This document shows positions 60,379 through 64,000 of a stretch of 64,000 nt of DNA, in pieces. Every line of letters starts with the position of its first letter. Position 1 is the stretch's first letter. The notes beneath the pieces are model-generated. The model had not been told where the DNA came from. It saw only the letters and a list, made by a program, of their open reading frames with translations, and did not search any database. Source of the DNA: a virus (lineage: Duplodnaviria > Caudoviricetes); the IMG/VR virus record IMGVR_UViG_3300029288_000066, positions 1 to 64,000 of that record. The stretch is one strand, 5' to 3'. A program made the translations under genes and the position numbers.

Positions 60379-61929
60379 ATGAAAAAGGCAGAAAAAATTA
60401 AAAAACTCCTAGAGGAAAAGTTTAATTCACCCCCCCAATCTCTGGAAGAAGATATTAAGATAAAGAAATTAAATCCAGAAGTAGACGGTTCATACTATAT
60501 TTTCGCAACATCCGACTCAATAGACCCCAAAACAAGAACCATGGAAACGGGGAACTTTGGAAACTTATCAAACGTTGCAAAAAGTGCGCAGCACAAGTGG
60601 GGTCACGATTTTACAATGCCTGTAAATGTAAAATATAAAGATAAATTCGGTTGGGGATATAAGATAACCCCAGGAATGAGCTCAGAAGAAGCGTCCAGGC
60701 TTCTTGACCAACTAAAAAAATTGGTTGATGAGTATAATGTAATGAAGAAACGTCCAATAGACCCAGAAACTGCCAGCCTTTCATCTCCAGAACAAGTAAG
60801 TGCAATATCACAAATAGCAGATATGGTTGAAAAAGCTATAGAAGACAATACAAATCCTAAAATAAAAGAAAACCTTGAACATTATCTAGATGAGCTTGAA
60901 AACGCTATTCAAACCGATGAAGTATACCAATTTTTAATTGAGTCGTATGAGAAGACTAGCAATTTCCAGAAAAGAAACCTTTTGTTCTATCGTTATTCTT
61001 TTGGAAATGCTCTTATAATCAGATATGCTGACCCAGAGGCAACATTTGCCGCATCAAAAAAAGGTTGGGAAGATAAAGGATATAGAATAAAACCAGAATT
61101 TTCACAAGGTATTACCATATTCAAAAAAGGGCTGCAAAACACCACTCTTAAAAACGCCAAATGGTTCGAAAGGAACCCAGAAGAATGGAGACAATATAAA
61201 GACACATTTGATATTCCTTTTGGAATGACTGTTGAAAAATATTTAGAAGGCTCAAAAAAAGGGTCAATAGATTGGAAAAAGGCAAGACAATTAGCCACAT
61301 TCGGATTAAACAACAGGTTTTTTACCAATTATACCCCAGCTGGCGGTGATATGATACCAATTAGTACATACACAGACACTATGATTGAACCTATTCCAGG
61401 AGTTGAGCAGGTTCCCCTAGATTCATCAGAATTCTATGCAAAGGAAGACCCAATACAATCAATGGATATTAAAAAGAAAGTTGAGGTTCTTTTTGACGCT
61501 GTTCAAAAAATAGCAGATAAAATGAATGTTAATACCATTGGTATAAAAAAAGGAGACGGAGGCATAAATCAGTTTAATAGACTTTTATCTTTGGTCGCAT
61601 TGGAAAGAATTTACAAGAGGTTTGGAAAACAAATGCTTCAAGATAAATCAAAAACTGTAGAAAACGAAGAGCTTCTGAAAGGATACGCAGAAGTTGTCTC
61701 TCATATTGTAAGAAAAAACTATGGTTTGCCAGCAGAATCTAGCAAGTACAATATTACGAACCTTGGCGCTGACAGAGAAGCCATCAAAGCAAGAAGTAAA
61801 GACATTCTTTCAATAGCACATTATATGATTGAAGATATTGACTTGGCAATGGGTAAGACTCTAGAAGCAATTCAAGAAGCAAGAAAAGCAATTAGAAACA
61901 TTTTATTTGAACATTTCCTTAACAAATAA
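60379..61929 (+). CDS. ArdC-like (ssDNA-binding N domain) putative virion protein
   Basis: YRYSFGNALII..PEATFAASKKGWEDKGYRIK; later AEVVSHIVRKNYGL. Confidence 0.55.
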   Translation: MKKAEKIKKLLEEKFNSPPQSLEEDIKIKKLNPEVDGSYYIFATSDSIDPKTRTMETGNFGNLSNVAKSAQHKWGHDFTMPVNVKYKDKFGWGYKITPGMSSEEASRLLDQLKKLVDEYNVMKKRPIDPETASLSSPEQVSAISQIADMVEKAIEDNTNPKIKENLEHYLDELENAIQTDEVYQFLIESYEKTSNFQKRNLLFYRYSFGNALIIRYADPEATFAASKKGWEDKGYRIKPEFSQGITIFKKGLQNTTLKNAKWFERNPEEWRQYKDTFDIPFGMTVEKYLEGSKKGSIDWKKARQLATFGLNNRFFTNYTPAGGDMIPISTYTDTMIEPIPGVEQVPLDSSEFYAKEDPIQSMDIKKKVEVLFDAVQKIADKMNVNTIGIKKGDGGINQFNRLLSLVALERIYKRFGKQMLQDKSKTVENEELLKGYAEVVSHIVRKNYGLPAESSKYNITNLGADREAIKARSKDILSIAHYMIEDIDLAMGKTLEAIQEARKAIRNILFEHFLNK

Positions 61930-61931
61930 TT

Positions 61932-63596
61932 ATGAACTCAAAAAAAGAATTAAAAGAATTTTTGCTTAAAATATTAAGTGAGATTACCAACTCTGGTGGA
62001 GGAAGACCCCAAACGGCTCCTACTGTTGAACCTGATATAAAAACAAAACCTTCTACATCTCCTCCTGCGCCAACTCAAGAGCCAAACAGAAGAAGAAAGT
62101 TAACCCCAGATAGATGGCCAGAAGAAACCCCAGGTCCTAAGCCTAAAGCCGAAGGAAAAGAAGTAAGCATAGAGGAAGTTATTAAAGAAATGAAAATAAT
62201 TGAAGAATTAACAAGAATGAAAACGTTAATTTCTGAAAACAGACAAATAGCACAAGAAATGGCAATGAACATAGAAGACCCCGAATATGAAACTCCAAAT
62301 CCATCAGTACGAACGGGGATAGAAGGCGGTAAAAAGACTGCATTCAGCGATTCTGAGTTTTTCAAGGGGGGAACACCAGATTATTCTACATTAGAAAAAA
62401 TAGGGAGCGAAGAGTTTAACCAAATAATAAAAGATGTTAAACCATTTGGAAAAATGAACATGCAAGAATTTATGCAAGCATTTCAATTAATGTCATCTAT
62501 AGAAATGCCAAACAAAGAAGCATTAGAAGCGCTTGCTATAAGAAAGATTAAAGAACAATTTGGACTTCCAGATGAAGTTTCCGATAAATTAGAAGCAAAA
62601 TTGGTAAGACAGGTTAATAAACCTGACGAAGATACCGATAATTTAGAACAAGAAGTTGAAAAGGATTTACAGTTTACCGATGAAGAAAAGGAAATTATAA
62701 GGCAGCATGTAGAGAAGAGGAAGCTTCAAAATGCGCTCATGATGGGAGCGGGGTTTCGAGCCCATTCTGCATTCAGGTCAATAAAAAACGATTTAGACGC
62801 TATTGACCCAAGGCTACATCCTTTGTATGAAAAAACAATGCCCAACGTTGCTTTATTTATGTGGCAATATCCGTTGGAAGATATGATGGGGGGGGTAACA
62901 ATGATGGGACTTTCTAAGCTCAAAAAAGACGAGAATAACAATGTTAAAGCAGAAGCCCAGGCAACTATATTTCCGATACTCCTACACGAAACAGCCAAGG
63001 CTGCAATAGAACTTCTTTTTGCATACTACTTAATTGACCTTACTGAAAAATATGGCAAAAATGTATCTTCAGAAATCATAAAACAATCTGATGTTTTTGA
63101 AGAAGAAATTTGGCATAAGAGAATAGGACCAAAACTCTGGAAATACCTACACGACGTAATTGATTATGTTATTGTTCACGATAAAGAAAGCAATTACACT
63201 TTGGTTTCTTATTTGTTACACGACATATCAATGATGGAGCCTGCTGAGTTTGTGAATTTTATGACTAATATTGTTTATAATGGTGAAAAATCAATAGAAA
63301 TTGTAAGTCAAATGGTTGATGTCATTGAACATGATTTAGAAAGGTCTGGAGAGGCCGACCAAACAGAAACAGAAACAAATGATGAAAATCTACTAAGAAC
63401 AGCGAATAGAGTTGGAGACACATTGGCAAAACTAACTCAATCGGCAAGCGAAAAGCAGCAATCACAAGAAAATGTCGCAAAGGATTTTGTGGGAATGAGT
63501 GTGGAAGAACTACAGATTGAATTGCAGGACGCTATTGATACGGAGCGCTATGAAGATGCGGCAAAAATAACAAAAATAATTAAAAGCAAAATTTAA
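61932..63596 (+). CDS. large acidic phage protein with Pro-rich linker and C-terminal UVR (UvrB/C) motif
   Basis: FPILLHETAK; ELQDAIDTERYEDAAKI. Confidence 0.6.
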   Translation: MNSKKELKEFLLKILSEITNSGGGRPQTAPTVEPDIKTKPSTSPPAPTQEPNRRRKLTPDRWPEETPGPKPKAEGKEVSIEEVIKEMKIIEELTRMKTLISENRQIAQEMAMNIEDPEYETPNPSVRTGIEGGKKTAFSDSEFFKGGTPDYSTLEKIGSEEFNQIIKDVKPFGKMNMQEFMQAFQLMSSIEMPNKEALEALAIRKIKEQFGLPDEVSDKLEAKLVRQVNKPDEDTDNLEQEVEKDLQFTDEEKEIIRQHVEKRKLQNALMMGAGFRAHSAFRSIKNDLDAIDPRLHPLYEKTMPNVALFMWQYPLEDMMGGVTMMGLSKLKKDENNNVKAEAQATIFPILLHETAKAAIELLFAYYLIDLTEKYGKNVSSEIIKQSDVFEEEIWHKRIGPKLWKYLHDVIDYVIVHDKESNYTLVSYLLHDISMMEPAEFVNFMTNIVYNGEKSIEIVSQMVDVIEHDLERSGEADQTETETNDENLLRTANRVGDTLAKLTQSASEKQQSQENVAKDFVGMSVEELQIELQDAIDTERYEDAAKITKIIKSKI

Positions 63597-64000
63597 GCAA
63601 AAATTTTTCTAAATTCATCATAGTTTTTATCAATTATAAAAATAAAACTATATCCTTGACTTAAACATGTTCTTTGTTTTGTCAAGTTCTTGTCTAAATA
63701 TTTTTTGTACGTATAGGTTGATTTTATTTCAATTATTAAATTTTTACTTTCCAAGTAAAAATCAGAAAAGTAAATTCTTTTTTTACCTTCGAAAAAATAT
63801 TGTATCGTTTTACCGCCTTTTATCGGAACTTTATTGTCAAAACAAAAATCCAAAAAATGCTTTTCATATGTTCCACGGTAATATAATCCAGTTTTCTTGT
63901 GTGTTTTTCTTTTAAACCCACTCTTTTGTTGTTTTTCGTGTATTTCTTTGTTTTGTGTGGCGTGCTCTACTCCATATTTTTTTAAACAAACACTTTTTAT
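63593..64000 (-). CDS. PD-(D/E)xK endonuclease, 5' truncated by the window edge
   Basis: frame open to 64000: CLKKYGVEH..YRGTYE..YFSDFYL..IIEIKS. Confidence 0.7.
   Translation of the reverse strand: MKSVCLKKYGVEHATQNKEIHEKQQKSGFKRKTHKKTGLYYRGTYEKHFLDFCFDNKVPIKGGKTIQYFFEGKKRIYFSDFYLESKNLIIEIKSTYTYKKYLDKNLTKQRTCLSQGYSFIFIIDKNYDEFRKIFA

Noticed and set aside
382-63915. Numerous short antisense ORFs in the track (e.g. 8245+, 36798+, 37731+, 60993-)
   Set aside because: They are shadow frames overlapping convincing genes on the opposite strand, with Phe/Ser/Ile-rich antisense composition.
1-64000. Stop-codon reassignment as in some Bacteroidota phages
   Set aside because: Coding density is high under the standard code, and genes end in TAA, TAG and TGA with tight packing.

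Overview
AT-rich, gene-dense segment of what is most likely a large ('jumbo') tailed-phage genome infecting a Bacteroidota host. Support for this: long minus-strand runs of small hypothetical ORFs, DNA and RNA ligases, lysozyme, homing endonucleases, two TnpB nucleases, host-like translation genes (def, infC, Pth2, smpB), a PD40-repeat protein and three TTTG-N19-20-TAnnTTTG promoters. The standout feature is an integron-like locus at about 26047-28826. It comprises a compact tyrosine recombinase lacking the IntI-specific insertion, an attI-like site 53 bp upstream, and five cassettes delimited by attC-like hairpins (AAC...GTT). Its unusual properties are long cassette-specific terminal inverted repeats, ORFs antisense to attC polarity, and, in the two proximal cassettes, a perfect internal inverted copy of the cassette's own predicted circle junction. 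Also visible: 13 copies of an ECF-sigma-type promoter (TGTAAC/TGAAAC-N16-CGTAT), a TATTTAT late-type motif ahead of proteins carrying a shared 'IRKLIK..LNE' tag, and a duplicated tandem RHH module placed in front of two unrelated endonucleases. No tRNA, rRNA or CRISPR array was recognised. All family calls come from motif recognition by eye; no searches were run.
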